Shown here piece by piece: positions 8,441 through 18,929 of a stretch of 64,000 nucleotides of DNA. Under the pieces are notes generated by a model, which did no database searches, had not been told where the DNA came from, and saw nothing but the letters and a program-made list of their open reading frames with translations. The DNA is taken from NCBI GenBank assembly GCA_963839205.1, contig CAWITU010000002.1, positions 75,034-139,033 on the forward strand, in the 5' to 3' direction. Position 1 is the first letter of the stretch. Each line of letters opens with the position of its first letter. The position numbers and the translations under genes were made by a program. Source of the stretch: an uncultured bacterium. GTDB taxonomy: Bacteria; Patescibacteriota; Minisyncoccia; Phycocordibacterales; CAWITU01.

Positions 8441-9031
8441 ATGAATAAAGACGATACCAATTTAGTCGAACAAGCAAAAGAAAATCCTCAACTTTTCGAG
8501 GAATTGTACCGAAAATATGCCGATAAGGTGTTTAATTACTTTTGGTATCGCACTGGCCATGACAAGATGCTTGCTGAAGACTTCATGCAAGATACATTTG
8601 TGCGAGCTTTCAAGCATCTTAAAAAGTTCAATGTTCGTGGGTATTCATATCTCACATATCTTTTGACTATTGCTCGCCATATACTTATCGACCATTACAG
8701 AAAACCTGCATCGGTCCCCGTTGAAGATGTTGAAGATGTGCCATTTGAAATTACTCAGGACATAGATAAAAAGTCTGACGGTGAAGCTCTTTGGCACGCT
8801 GTCCAGACATTACCAGCTTCTAATCGAGATGTACTTCTCATGCACTATCAGCAGGACATGCCTATTAAGGCAATCTCTAAAGTTACAGGGGCATCCGAAA
8901 ATGCAGTCAAGCTCAACCTCTCACGTACGAGAAAAAGACTGGCTTCGCATCCATATCTCAGAGACATTCGAGATTTCGCTGATACAAAGCGCAAATATAC
9001 CAGACCTCGATTTATGAAAAAGAAGGCATGA
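8441..9031 (+). CDS. ECF-type RNA polymerase sigma-70 family factor
   Basis: Region 2 ('FNYFWYRTGHDKMLAEDFMQDTFVRAF') and region 4 HTH ('MPIKAISKVTGASENAVKLNLSRTRKRL'). Confidence 0.75.
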   Translation: MNKDDTNLVEQAKENPQLFEELYRKYADKVFNYFWYRTGHDKMLAEDFMQDTFVRAFKHLKKFNVRGYSYLTYLLTIARHILIDHYRKPASVPVEDVEDVPFEITQDIDKKSDGEALWHAVQTLPASNRDVLLMHYQQDMPIKAISKVTGASENAVKLNLSRTRKRLASHPYLRDIRDFADTKRKYTRPRFMKKKA

Positions 9032-9381
9032 CACCTTTTCACACCTTGCCCGTTTAATATAGTGTAAAAGGTCAGGCGGAGTGGTCGAACGCTGGAGAAT
9101 TAAAAATTGGACGTAACCATATGATTTCAATCAATCAAATGAGACGTATTTTTAGGCTTAGAGATTATATCCGTTCAATATCTGATGCCACTTAAACGTC
9201 TCTCTAAGCATACACAGCTAAATATATTTTGTTTGCCTTAAACTCGGACACCGAGTAAAAGTATCACCACTATGATACTACAAGTTGATAAGGCCAAAGC
9301 CCAAGAGGCACTTGCCTCGGGCTCTTGGCGTAGATAATGAACATAGTAAGGTCGAATTACAAACCAATAAAATAAAATAAA

Positions 9382-9891
9382 TTGTTTATGCCGAATATCA
9401 CCAAAAAAGAAAGCAGAGATATACAGCCGTATGATGAGAAAGGTTCGTCTCCGTTGTTCCTAATTAACCGATTTTTCGACGATAGCCTCTGGGACCCATT
9501 CAATATTATGACACCAACTCTTATGGGTTCCCGAACGCTTGGTGGTACATCGAGCAGGTTTCCCAGAGTAGATGTTTCCGAGACTGACAAGGAAATAAAG
9601 GTTGTTGCCAATATACCAGGCATAGACCCAGACAAGGTTGATATTGAAGTCGGCGATGACTACCTTTCGCTCTCTGGAAAAGTCGAAAAAGAAGTTAAGG
9701 ATGAGGATAAGAAGGGTACAGTCTATCGTTATGAACGTGAGTACGGGGAGTTCAGGCGCGAGTTCTCCCTTCCAGCGAGGGTCAATAAGAATGCGATAGT
9801 GGCGAAAGCGAAGAATGGTGTACTAACTCTCACGTTGCCTAAGATGGACGACGAACGCAAGACAAAGGTTAAAGTTGAAGTAGAAAAGTAG
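9382..9891 (+). CDS. Hsp20/alpha-crystallin small heat-shock protein
   Basis: ACD motifs 'VDVSETDKEIKVVANIPGIDPDKVDIEV', 'GEFRREFSLP' and 'GVLTLTLPK'. Confidence 0.85.
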   Translation: MFMPNITKKESRDIQPYDEKGSSPLFLINRFFDDSLWDPFNIMTPTLMGSRTLGGTSSRFPRVDVSETDKEIKVVANIPGIDPDKVDIEVGDDYLSLSGKVEKEVKDEDKKGTVYRYEREYGEFRREFSLPARVNKNAIVAKAKNGVLTLTLPKMDDERKTKVKVEVEK

Positions 9892-9938
9892 CTTATCGCG
9901 CAGGTCGTCATTATTAGAGCTAATCGGTTGTCAAAAAT

Positions 9939-10319
9939 ATGAAAATAATCTCACTAAAACAAAACGCTATTGCGTGTTCCCTGTTGACAGCCGCTTTTAT
10001 GATAATTGCGGCAGGGATAGTACATGCTCAAACAGCGTCTTCAAGTCCGTATGTAACAACATCTACAACGCCAGATGGGGGCGTAAGTGTTAATATGGAT
10101 TTGCCAAACAACTTTAAGGGACAGGTCTATACTGTATATAAGGATGGAAAATGGCAGACCTTTTCTACCACAACACCCTTAACGAGTTCGGATGTTGCTT
10201 CAATGCAAAAAGAGATACAAGACCAAGAGAAAGCCATGCAAGAAATGTTTGCCGCACAGCAAAAATTATTTGAGCAAGAACAGCAAATGTTTCAAAATAT
10301 GTGGGGTAGTTTGTGGTAA
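9939..10319 (+). CDS. Secreted hypothetical protein with Gln-rich C-terminus
   Basis: N-terminal signal peptide (LLTAAFMIIAAGIVHAQ). No domain recognised. Confidence 0.35.
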   Translation: MKIISLKQNAIACSLLTAAFMIIAAGIVHAQTASSSPYVTTSTTPDGGVSVNMDLPNNFKGQVYTVYKDGKWQTFSTTTPLTSSDVASMQKEIQDQEKAMQEMFAAQQKLFEQEQQMFQNMWGSLW

Positions 10320-10490
10320 TCATTAATCTAGAAGAAAGACACCCGAAAGGGTGTTTTTCATATAGTGAGTTGAGGAGTATGGTAAAAAATAGGAATGTAG
10401 ATAGTAGCGTCATTTTTCCTCTCAAAAATAGTTCTAACATCCTCTACGACGGCACCCCTAAAGAGAATCAGATTTTGCTATACTTAACGA

Positions 10491-11111
10491 ATGGAACAAG
10501 AAAATAAACCCAGGATAACTTTTAAAGAAATTTTTAAGAAAATTTGGCCCCACACTCGGTACAATCGAAGCTTACGTATCCTAATAAGTACGAACACGAC
10601 GATGAACTTCGTAGTAGGTTTGTTTGCACCATTTTATGCAGTGTATGTTGTGAAAATTGGAGGGAGTGTCGCACTCGCTGGTATTAGTTGGGCACTTTTC
10701 TCAATTGTTGCTGGTGTTTTAACTTTACTTTTTTCTAGTTGGGAATTAGAAATAAAAGAGCAGGAATTACTGATAGCCTCAAGCTATTTGTTAAAAGTTG
10801 TCGTCTTTATAAGTTACGCTTTCATGTCTAGTATCCCTCAATTATTTCTAACACAAATTATTTGGGGTGTTTCCTCTGCGCTGAATAACCCCGCCTTTGA
10901 TGCTTTGTATACTACTCATACTAGTAAGGATTCTCTAATTGGTGAATGGGGAGGCTGGGAGGGAATTAGTGCAATATCTACTGGTTTAGCAGCGCTCATT
11001 GGAGGTATTGCTATTGAGATAATAGGGTATCAAAGTATTTTTATTGTGATGGCATTGATTTCATTAGGTCTTTGTATTTATATTTGGCGCCTACCTAGAG
11101 AAGTACTATGA
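10491..11111 (+). CDS. Hypothetical integral membrane protein
   Basis: Several predicted TM helices. Overlaps the ATPase start by 4 nt. Confidence 0.35.
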   Translation: MEQENKPRITFKEIFKKIWPHTRYNRSLRILISTNTTMNFVVGLFAPFYAVYVVKIGGSVALAGISWALFSIVAGVLTLLFSSWELEIKEQELLIASSYLLKVVVFISYAFMSSIPQLFLTQIIWGVSSALNNPAFDALYTTHTSKDSLIGEWGGWEGISAISTGLAALIGGIAIEIIGYQSIFIVMALISLGLCIYIWRLPREVL

Positions 11112-13444
11112 GAGAAAATTACAAAGGTTTAACTTCAGAACAAGCGAATGCATTGCTTAAACAGGGTGGCTCAAACAGTTTGCCAGAAAAAAAGAAAAAC
11201 TTCTTTCTTTTCTTTTTAAAAAGTTTTCTTTCTCCGGTATCGCTAATGCTTCTAGCTGCGGCTTTTCTCTCTTTGTATGCAGGTAATGAAGCCGATTTTT
11301 GGATTATTTTATTTCTATTTTTTTCTAATTTTGCAATTGGCTTCTGGCACGAGAGGAAGGCTGACAAATCCATCAAACAACTACAAAAACATCTCACGAT
11401 TAAGGTCAGTACCTTTCGAGATGATGTCTGGAAATTGATAGATTCTATTGATCTTGTTGTGGGGGATGTTGTTGCACTTAAAGTTGGAATGATTGTACCA
11501 GCTGATGTTGCCATCATTGAATCAAAGAATCTGTCAATCAATGAATCAGTACTTACTGGAGAATCTTTGCCTAAAGAAAAAACGGTTGGAGGAACTTCAT
11601 ACTCTGGATCATATGTAACAACTGGTGACGCTGTTGTCAGGGTCACAGCAACTGGAGCAAAAACTTTCTTTGGTATGACTGTTGCCTCAATAGATTCAAA
11701 GCCTCGTCAGAGTTCTCTGGAAAAAGATATTCTCTCAATTTCTAAATTCATCTCGATCATAAGTATTGTAATTGTAATAATTTTAACGTTAGTACTTCTA
11801 ACAAATCACGCAGCATTTATTAATGTAGTAACTCTAGATTTGAGTCTTCTAATTGCTGGTATTCCCGTTGCTCTTCCGACTGTCATGAGTTTAATTATAA
11901 GTATCGGTGTTCTTAATCTCTCAAAGAAGCAAGTAATTGTCAGAAGGCTTGCATCTCTTGAAGACTTAGCGAATGTTGACTTACTTCTTTCAGATAAAAC
12001 CGGAACGCTTACTCAAAATAGTATTAAAGTGGAAAAAATAATTCCATTTGAAAACTTTACTGAAAATGATGTCGTAAAATATGCAGTGAGCGCGATTGTT
12101 AATAAAGACAATAATCCGCAAGATCATGCTGTTTTCGAAAAAGCAAAAACATTATCACTTGCCCCGTATCATCAGGACGACTACATTCCTGGAGATTCAG
12201 AGAGAAAGAGAAGCACGGCCTTCATTACTGTAGATGATAAAAAATATGCGGTGGCCTCCGGTACACCTCAGATTATTAAATCTTTATGTACTTTAGATAA
12301 GTCGTCCGAAGAATTATTTGATAATGCGGTAAAGAATGGTGCAGAGGATGGGTATAGGGCTTTAGCGGTTGCTGTTAACACAAAAGGTATCGAAGAAAAA
12401 AACATGGAATTAATTGGTATTCTTTTTGTGGCTGATAGTTTGCACGCTGATGCCAAATCAACAGTAGAGTTTATGGAACAAAATGGTATTGGGGTCAAAA
12501 TGATTACGGGAGATAATATTGAAATTAGTATGAGAGTAGCTAGAAAGCTCGGAATTAAGGGTGGGATTTACACTAGGAGTATTTTAGATGGTGACAGAAA
12601 TTTTCTAGAAGAACGTTTTGATTCAATCGGAGGCTTTGCTGAAGTGTTACCAAAGGATAAATATGAAATTGTTTCAATTGCTAGGGGTCACCATGTTGTA
12701 GCAATGACAGGTGATGGGGTAAATGATTTGCCTGCGGTTAAAAATGCCGATGTCGGTTTTGCTGTAAGTGGAGCAGTCGACGCTCTCAAGGGAGGGGCTG
12801 ACATTGTACTTCTAAAGAACGGAATTTCAGTTATTAAAGACGCAATTATTGAGGCAAGGAAAATTTTCACACGTCTTTACGATTATTCACTCTACCGAAT
12901 TTCTGAAAGTTTTAGATTAATTATCACTATTGCTGTTATTGGTTTAATTTTTAAAACATATCCACTCACGCCTGTTCAGATAATTATTCTGGCATTTTTG
13001 AATGATATCCCGATTGTGTCCCTAGCATTTGATCGTGTTAAAGATACAGAGAAACCGGCTCATATTGATGCCAGAAAACGTTTTACTCTCAGTACTTTGT
13101 TTGGTCTGACCGGAGTAGCTAATAGCATGATCCTACTTTTTATAATGATTTGGCTACATTTACCATGGGCAGTGATTCAAACAGTCTTCTTCCTTAAACT
13201 CACTGTCTCAGGTCATATGCTTGTTTACGTAGCACATACAAAAGAAAAATGGTTTGAGTATTTACCGAGTTCGCAGGTTATTATTGCCACTATCACAACT
13301 CAGGTTGTTGCGACACTTCTTGCATATTTTGGATTGTTTACTGCTCCAATATCAATTTCTCTCATTGTCCTAGTTTGGGTCTGGTCATTCTTCTGGATGC
13401 AGATTAGTGAAATAATGAAGCACCAAAAATTAATTGCAGTGTAA
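11108..13444 (+). CDS. P-type cation-transporting ATPase (plasma-membrane H+/Mg2+-type, P3A-like)
   Basis: Phosphorylation motif 'DKTGTLTQN', 'TGES' in 'LTGESLP', and hinge 'MTGDGVNDLPAVKNADVGFAV'. 778 aa. Confidence 0.85.
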   Translation: MRENYKGLTSEQANALLKQGGSNSLPEKKKNFFLFFLKSFLSPVSLMLLAAAFLSLYAGNEADFWIILFLFFSNFAIGFWHERKADKSIKQLQKHLTIKVSTFRDDVWKLIDSIDLVVGDVVALKVGMIVPADVAIIESKNLSINESVLTGESLPKEKTVGGTSYSGSYVTTGDAVVRVTATGAKTFFGMTVASIDSKPRQSSLEKDILSISKFISIISIVIVIILTLVLLTNHAAFINVVTLDLSLLIAGIPVALPTVMSLIISIGVLNLSKKQVIVRRLASLEDLANVDLLLSDKTGTLTQNSIKVEKIIPFENFTENDVVKYAVSAIVNKDNNPQDHAVFEKAKTLSLAPYHQDDYIPGDSERKRSTAFITVDDKKYAVASGTPQIIKSLCTLDKSSEELFDNAVKNGAEDGYRALAVAVNTKGIEEKNMELIGILFVADSLHADAKSTVEFMEQNGIGVKMITGDNIEISMRVARKLGIKGGIYTRSILDGDRNFLEERFDSIGGFAEVLPKDKYEIVSIARGHHVVAMTGDGVNDLPAVKNADVGFAVSGAVDALKGGADIVLLKNGISVIKDAIIEARKIFTRLYDYSLYRISESFRLIITIAVIGLIFKTYPLTPVQIIILAFLNDIPIVSLAFDRVKDTEKPAHIDARKRFTLSTLFGLTGVANSMILLFIMIWLHLPWAVIQTVFFLKLTVSGHMLVYVAHTKEKWFEYLPSSQVIIATITTQVVATLLAYFGLFTAPISISLIVLVWVWSFFWMQISEIMKHQKLIAV

Positions 13445-13492
13445 AGTTTAATATATCTTTCTCGTCTTTGTCTGTATAATAGCTAAGATTAA

Positions 13493-15256
13493 ATGACCGC
13501 ATTTCTATTCATTTCATTCATAGCCGGTATTTTAACGGTAATCTCACCTTGTGTGTTGCCTCTTTTGCCAATTATAGTTGGAGGATCAATTGCCGGCGGA
13601 AAAAGTTTGAGAAGGGCGCTTGTGGTAACAAGCGCCCTTGGTGTTTCTGTATTCCTTTTCACATTTCTTCTTAAAGTCTCAACTGTATTTGTAATAGTAC
13701 CGCAGGGTGTCTGGAATTGGATTTCAGGCCTAATTCTTTTTGTAGTTGGTATTTCATTTTTATTCCCAACACTTTGGGATCGAATACCTTTAATTAATGC
13801 TCTGTATAGAAGGTCAAATAAAATACTTGGATCTGGTTATCAAAAACAAAATATTTGGGGAGACGTTGTTGTGGGAGCTGCACTTGGACCAGTTTTTTCA
13901 AGTTGTAGCCCAACATATTTTGTAGTGCTCGCCAGCGTTCTGCCGGTGAGTCTTTCTGCTGGTGTTATTGATATTCTTGCTTACACTCTCGGTATGTGTG
14001 GTTTCCTTTTAATAATCTCGGTTATTGGTCAAAACATAGTTAATCGACTAGGTATCGTCGCCGATCCAAATGGTTGGTTTAGAAAAGTAATTGGAGCTCT
14101 ATTTATTTTAGTCGCTTTAATTATAGTTACTGGTATTCAAAATATTATTGAAGCACCACTTTATAATATTTTTGATGAAACAAAAGTTGAACAACATTTT
14201 TTGTCCGGAAATGCTATACCTTCGCCGACGCCTAACGGAGTAGCTCAGACGGTGGGTACAACTTCTACAAATTTTTTGAGTTTGTCGGAAAAAGCCATGA
14301 TATATGAGAAGGCTCCAGAGCTCGTTTCTCCAGATGGGTATATCAATACAGGCGGACAACCAATAACTCTCAGTCAGTATGTTGGAAAGGATGTCGTCCT
14401 GGTAGATTTTTGGGATTATAGTTGTATCAATTGTCAGCGAACAATTCCATATTTAAATGCTTGGTATCAGAAATATAAAGATCAAGGGCTTGTCATCATC
14501 GGCGTTCATACGCCCGAATTTGCCTTTGAACATCAGTTATCTAATATACAGTCGGCAGTAAATCAATTTGGAATTAAATATCCAGTAGTGCTTGATAATG
14601 AATATAAAACTTGGAATGCGTTTAACAATGAATATTGGCCAAATGAGTATCTAATTGATATTGATGGTTATATTGTTCACAACCAAGCGGGTGAGGGTAA
14701 TTATGACGAGACCGAAAAAGCTATTCAGCAAGCTCTGGCCGAGCGCGCCGCACGTCTTGGTTCTAATCAAGTCGTCGCGACTTCAACTGTTGCTATTCCG
14801 ACGACAGATTTATCTGCTATACAAAGTCCGGAAACATATTTTGGTTCAGACAGAAACGAGTATCTTGGTAATGGAACACCTGGCGAACAAGGTGTTCAAA
14901 ATTTTGCTTTGCCAAATAATCCACAATTAAATACTTTATATCTTGGTGGAAGTTGGAATATTTTCCCTCAGTATGCGGAAGCTGGTGCTAGTAGTAGTGT
15001 CGTCTTTGAATATAATGCGCATGATATTTATATGGTAGCTGCAAATAATGGAGGAAGCGTAAAAATAAAAGTATTGCTAGACGGACAGCCCGTTGGCAAC
15101 TTTGCTGGAGCAGATGTAGATCCAAAAACTAGTGAGGCAATTATAAACGGAGATCGTCTTTACAAACTCGTTCACAACCCAACCCCCGGCGTTCACACAA
15201 TTGAGATTCAAATTGAGAGTGGAACTCTAGATGCATATACATTTACTTTTGGATAA
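13493..15256 (+). CDS. CcdA/DsbD-like membrane domain fused to a thioredoxin-like (TlpA/ResA) domain, plus an extra C-terminal domain
   Basis: N-terminal 'ISPCVLPLLPIIVG' is CcdA-like. CxxC appears in 'WDYSCINCQRTIPYLN'. A ~200-aa C-terminal extension is uncharacterised. Confidence 0.65.
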   Translation: MTAFLFISFIAGILTVISPCVLPLLPIIVGGSIAGGKSLRRALVVTSALGVSVFLFTFLLKVSTVFVIVPQGVWNWISGLILFVVGISFLFPTLWDRIPLINALYRRSNKILGSGYQKQNIWGDVVVGAALGPVFSSCSPTYFVVLASVLPVSLSAGVIDILAYTLGMCGFLLIISVIGQNIVNRLGIVADPNGWFRKVIGALFILVALIIVTGIQNIIEAPLYNIFDETKVEQHFLSGNAIPSPTPNGVAQTVGTTSTNFLSLSEKAMIYEKAPELVSPDGYINTGGQPITLSQYVGKDVVLVDFWDYSCINCQRTIPYLNAWYQKYKDQGLVIIGVHTPEFAFEHQLSNIQSAVNQFGIKYPVVLDNEYKTWNAFNNEYWPNEYLIDIDGYIVHNQAGEGNYDETEKAIQQALAERAARLGSNQVVATSTVAIPTTDLSAIQSPETYFGSDRNEYLGNGTPGEQGVQNFALPNNPQLNTLYLGGSWNIFPQYAEAGASSSVVFEYNAHDIYMVAANNGGSVKIKVLLDGQPVGNFAGADVDPKTSEAIINGDRLYKLVHNPTPGVHTIEIQIESGTLDAYTFTFG

Positions 15257-15452
15257 TTAATTGAGGAAGTCATATATGGTACATTGCTTCTCATGTAGAT
15301 TGTGTTCTGGTGGTATTTTTTGTAATTTAAATATATTGATGTCGTCATGGCTGTGTTAGATAGGGTATTGAAGGAGATATAGTATTTTAATTCCAAGGGC
15401 TCAAACATGGGTACCACTTTAAGCTGTCGTATCTTTCCTCTCCCTATTTAAT

Positions 15453-15500
15453 TGCCAGTCCGCTTCGGGCGGACTGGCCTGTGTTAGGGCGTTTTTTAGA
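15453..15500 (+). terminator. Intrinsic terminator-like hairpin
   Basis: gccagtccgc-ttcg-ggcggactggc, followed by gttagggcgtttttt. Confidence 0.45.
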
Positions 15501-15584
15501 GGTAATATCTTTCTGAGTAGCCCGTCTTAGCTTAAAAGGATTATAAATAAAGGTCGTTTTATCAACATTTAAATTAAAAATACT

Positions 15585-15776
15585 ATGTGGCAAAACTATC
15601 TAAATGCACTGCTGGGGTTTGTTTTAGCGATTTTGGCCTTTGTAGGTCCAACGGGCACAACGCTCACATGGACATTGTTTGGCTTCGGTCTGGTAATACT
15701 GGTAGTAGGTCTATGGGGAGGAATTGCAGCATCAACTTATAACGAAGCTGAAGAACACCGACACGGACATGCCTAA
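15585..15776 (+). CDS. Small membrane protein with His-rich tail (63 aa)
   Basis: Two TM helices and C-terminal 'EEHRHGHA'. ORF only. Confidence 0.3.
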   Translation: MWQNYLNALLGFVLAILAFVGPTGTTLTWTLFGFGLVILVVGLWGGIAASTYNEAEEHRHGHA

Positions 15777-15834
15777 GTTTGATTAAAGAAAATTTGTAGA
15801 CGAAAAAATTCACTCTCGCGAGTGGATTTTTTCG

Positions 15835-17451
15835 TCACATCGTCGGTATCATCCATTTCAAATAGTAAGCTTGAAGATAAGTAATTACACAGATAATTAA
15901 TACGAGACCAATACTGTGAAGTATTGTAAATCTGAAAAGCTTTCCTTCTTGCCCAGTTAATTTTGTAGATGCAGTTGCTACTGAAATACTTTGTGGTGAG
16001 ATCATTTTTGCTGCGACGCCGCCACTACTATTGGCGGCGACAGTTAAGACTGGATTTATACCAAGAGAATGTGCTGTTTGTGATTGAATATTACTGAATA
16101 GTGCATTCGAAGAGGTATCGCTTCCAGTTATGAAGACGCCAAACCATCCTAGGAGCGGTGAAAGAAAAGGAAAAAACTGCCCTGTTGATGTTAAGGCATT
16201 ACCGATAGCGGCGGACATCCCTCCATAATTGGCAACATAAGCAAAACCAACTATTGAGGCGATAGTAACCAGTGATTTACTTAATTCATTCAATGTTTCT
16301 AATGCTGTTTGCCAAAATATTTTCCAGGGAAGCTTGAGAATAATCGCTGTAAGTATTGTGGCGAAGAGAATGGAAGTTCCTGCAGCGCCAAGCCAGGTGA
16401 AAGAATAACTTATTGAAAGACTGCTGCCGTTACTAATTATTGAATTATTAAGTGAACCAAAAGGAATTAATATCGTTACTTTGTTTAGAATTTGTTGGAT
16501 GCTGGTAATTCCCCAACTTCCTATAAAAATAATCAGTAAAAGAAATGGTGTCCAAGCTCGGATTAATTCACTTTTGTTATGTGGGGGTCTGGTTGTTTTA
16601 GCAACTTCATTTAATTTTTCTTTTGGAAAACACCAAATTTCTTTTGGTTGCCAGATTTTAAGCAAACCGATTAAACAAATAATAGAAACAATTGCAGAAA
16701 GAACATCAGGAAGAGTTGGTCCCAAATAACTCGCAGTTAAAAACATGGTCAAAGCGTATGACCCACCAGTTACCAAAATGGCTGGCCAAATATCTTTAGC
16801 CCCTTTCCATCCCGAAACAATAAGGACAAGCCATAGCGGAATAATAAAAGCGATTATCGGAAGTTGGTGAGCAATCATTTTACTCAGAATGTTTTGATCA
16901 ATATTTGTTAAGTGGCCTGCTGTAATAACGGCAATACCAATACCGCCAAAAGCTACTGGTGCGGTATTGGCGATAAGACAAACTCCCGCAGCATACAACG
17001 GTTCAAAACCAAGACCGACTAGCATACCAGCTGTGATGGCCACAGGCGCTCCGAAACCGGCGGCGCCTTCAAGGAAGGCGCCGAAACAAAAAGCGATTAG
17101 TAGTGCCTGAAGTCTACGATCAGTTGTAACAGACTCAATACTATCGCGGACAATTTCAAAACCACCACTTCTAACACTGATGTTATAAAGAAAAACAGCA
17201 TTAAGAACAATCCAGCCAATTGGGAATAATCCATTTAAAATTCCATAAAATCCCGAGAGGAGTGCCAGACTAATTGGCATTGAATAAACTGTTGTGACAA
17301 TTAAAAGACCCGATAACAATGTTAGTAAAGTCGCAATATGACCTGACACTTTACGACTAAGTAAAAGTACAAAGAGAATTACAATTGGAACAACCGCCAC
17401 TATCGCAGAAAAGAGTGTGTTGTGTAGAGGGTTTGTAACTTGATACCACAT
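15835..17451 (-). CDS. lctP: L-lactate/glycolate permease (LctP family)
   Basis: N-terminus 'MWYQVTNPLHNTLFSAIVAVVPIVILFVLLL..KVSGHIA' matches the LctP family start. ~538 aa polytopic. Confidence 0.65.
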   Translation of the reverse strand: MWYQVTNPLHNTLFSAIVAVVPIVILFVLLLSRKVSGHIATLLTLLSGLLIVTTVYSMPISLALLSGFYGILNGLFPIGWIVLNAVFLYNISVRSGGFEIVRDSIESVTTDRRLQALLIAFCFGAFLEGAAGFGAPVAITAGMLVGLGFEPLYAAGVCLIANTAPVAFGGIGIAVITAGHLTNIDQNILSKMIAHQLPIIAFIIPLWLVLIVSGWKGAKDIWPAILVTGGSYALTMFLTASYLGPTLPDVLSAIVSIICLIGLLKIWQPKEIWCFPKEKLNEVAKTTRPPHNKSELIRAWTPFLLLIIFIGSWGITSIQQILNKVTILIPFGSLNNSIISNGSSLSISYSFTWLGAAGTSILFATILTAIILKLPWKIFWQTALETLNELSKSLVTIASIVGFAYVANYGGMSAAIGNALTSTGQFFPFLSPLLGWFGVFITGSDTSSNALFSNIQSQTAHSLGINPVLTVAANSSGGVAAKMISPQSISVATASTKLTGQEGKLFRFTILHSIGLVLIICVITYLQAYYLKWMIPTM

Positions 17452-17570
17452 AGGTATTTATTATAACTTATAAAATATCAACTGATTAGATTGAAACGTC
17501 ATACTTTTCCATTTCAATCGTCTTCCTAAAGAGTAAATAGCCCATTCATTATTAGTTAAATACATAATTT

Positions 17571-18062
17571 ATGAAAACAACAGGAGTAATTTGGACAATA
17601 GTGGTCGTTATTATAATTATCGGGGCAATTTGGTGGTTTGTATCTTACCAATATAGTTCTCAATATAATAGTTCAGTGTCATCATCAACGGTAGTTAACA
17701 CTCAGCCGATTATTCAGTCTCCTGCCACATCTACCGTGTCTATCGCCACAGATCCAACCTTAGGCTCATATCTCACAGCTACAAACGGAATGACCCTGTA
17801 TGTATCAAGTGCTGATATCCTCGGTGTAAGTAAGTGTACAAGTACTAGTTGTATGACAAGCTGGCCAGCGTATACAGTTTCACCGGGTAGCGATTTAACG
17901 GTAGGTCCTGGTATAAATGGAATAGTAAGTTCAACAACACGTAGTGATGGCACAATGCAAGTTACGTATAATGGAAGTCCTCTCTATTTTTGGTCAAATG
18001 ATGTTAACCCGGGTGATATAAAGGGAAACGGTGTAAGCACTTTCACAGTTGCCAAACCTTAG
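17571..18062 (+). CDS. Secreted lipoprotein-like protein (PF03640 'secreted repeat' type)
   Basis: Signal/TM at the N-terminus. Motifs 'TLYVSSAD...CTSTSCMTSWPAY' and 'GSPLYFWSND'. Confidence 0.45.
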   Translation: MKTTGVIWTIVVVIIIIGAIWWFVSYQYSSQYNSSVSSSTVVNTQPIIQSPATSTVSIATDPTLGSYLTATNGMTLYVSSADILGVSKCTSTSCMTSWPAYTVSPGSDLTVGPGINGIVSSTTRSDGTMQVTYNGSPLYFWSNDVNPGDIKGNGVSTFTVAKP

Positions 18063-18075
18063 GTAAAATAATCTT

Positions 18076-18324
18076 ATGAATATAATTCTTTATACGAAGA
18101 CGGGGTGTCCTTGGTGTGCGGGAGTCTTAGAGTTACTTCGAGATAAATCCGTACCTTTTGAAGAAAGGGAAGTACGTGGAAATAAAGCTTATTTTGAGGA
18201 GCTTGTTAAAAAGTCAGGGCAAGATAAAACACCAACTCTAGACATCGATGGATTTATATTAGCTGATTCAGATAAGGATCAAGTATCTGCTTATCTTAAA
18301 GAAAAAGGAGTACCGGGGTTCTAG
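18076..18324 (+). CDS. Glutaredoxin-like protein
   Basis: 'ILYTKTGCPWCAGVLELL' is a CPxC thioredoxin-fold motif. 82 aa. Confidence 0.7.
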   Translation: MNIILYTKTGCPWCAGVLELLRDKSVPFEEREVRGNKAYFEELVKKSGQDKTPTLDIDGFILADSDKDQVSAYLKEKGVPGF

Positions 18325-18356
18325 AATTTAAATTCGGATTTGGTATACTTTTTGAT

Positions 18357-18872
18357 ATGAAAGACGCACTACGTTTCTTGCAAGAAAACGATACCGCTGT
18401 CATATCAACGGCGTATGGTAATGTCCCTTATTCCGCAACGGTTCACTATTTTGTTGATTCTAAATTTAACTTTTATTTCATAACTAGGCAGGGCACCGAT
18501 AAGTATCTTAATTTGGTGATTAATTCAAATGTATTTGTCGTTGTAGGCACTGGTCCAAAACATATATCCGTTCAAGTAAGGGGCAAAGCAAATATTTTGA
18601 AAGGAAAAGAAAAACAGTCTGCTTTGGACGATGTCTTGTCAGTGATAAAAAATAAAAAAATAAACAAATGGCCGATTAAGGAAATGAAAAAATTTTCACC
18701 AGGACCAACTTTTATTGACACGCTCCTTAAGTCAGAGGTAGTGGTTAAGATTGTGCCACAACAGCTTATCTTTATGAACCTTGATGATGAAAAATATCCT
18801 GAATCACTTTCGACCGAATACCATACAATCCTGCCGAAGACAAAGTCGCAACCAAAGAAAAAGAAAAAATAA
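18357..18872 (+). CDS. Pyridoxamine 5'-phosphate oxidase-like FMN-binding protein (putative)
   Basis: 'LRFLQENDTAVISTAYGNVPYSATVHYFVD' pattern. Lys-rich tail. Confidence 0.4.
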   Translation: MKDALRFLQENDTAVISTAYGNVPYSATVHYFVDSKFNFYFITRQGTDKYLNLVINSNVFVVVGTGPKHISVQVRGKANILKGKEKQSALDDVLSVIKNKKINKWPIKEMKKFSPGPTFIDTLLKSEVVVKIVPQQLIFMNLDDEKYPESLSTEYHTILPKTKSQPKKKKK

Positions 18873-18904
18873 AAAACCCGCCACGACCAAGGCGGGTTTT
18901 TTAT
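18873..18904. terminator. Bidirectional intrinsic terminator between convergent genes
   Basis: aaaaaacccgcc-acgaccaa-ggcgggtttttt. Confidence 0.75.
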
Positions 18905-18929
18905 TATGAAGTAATTTGTAATTATACTT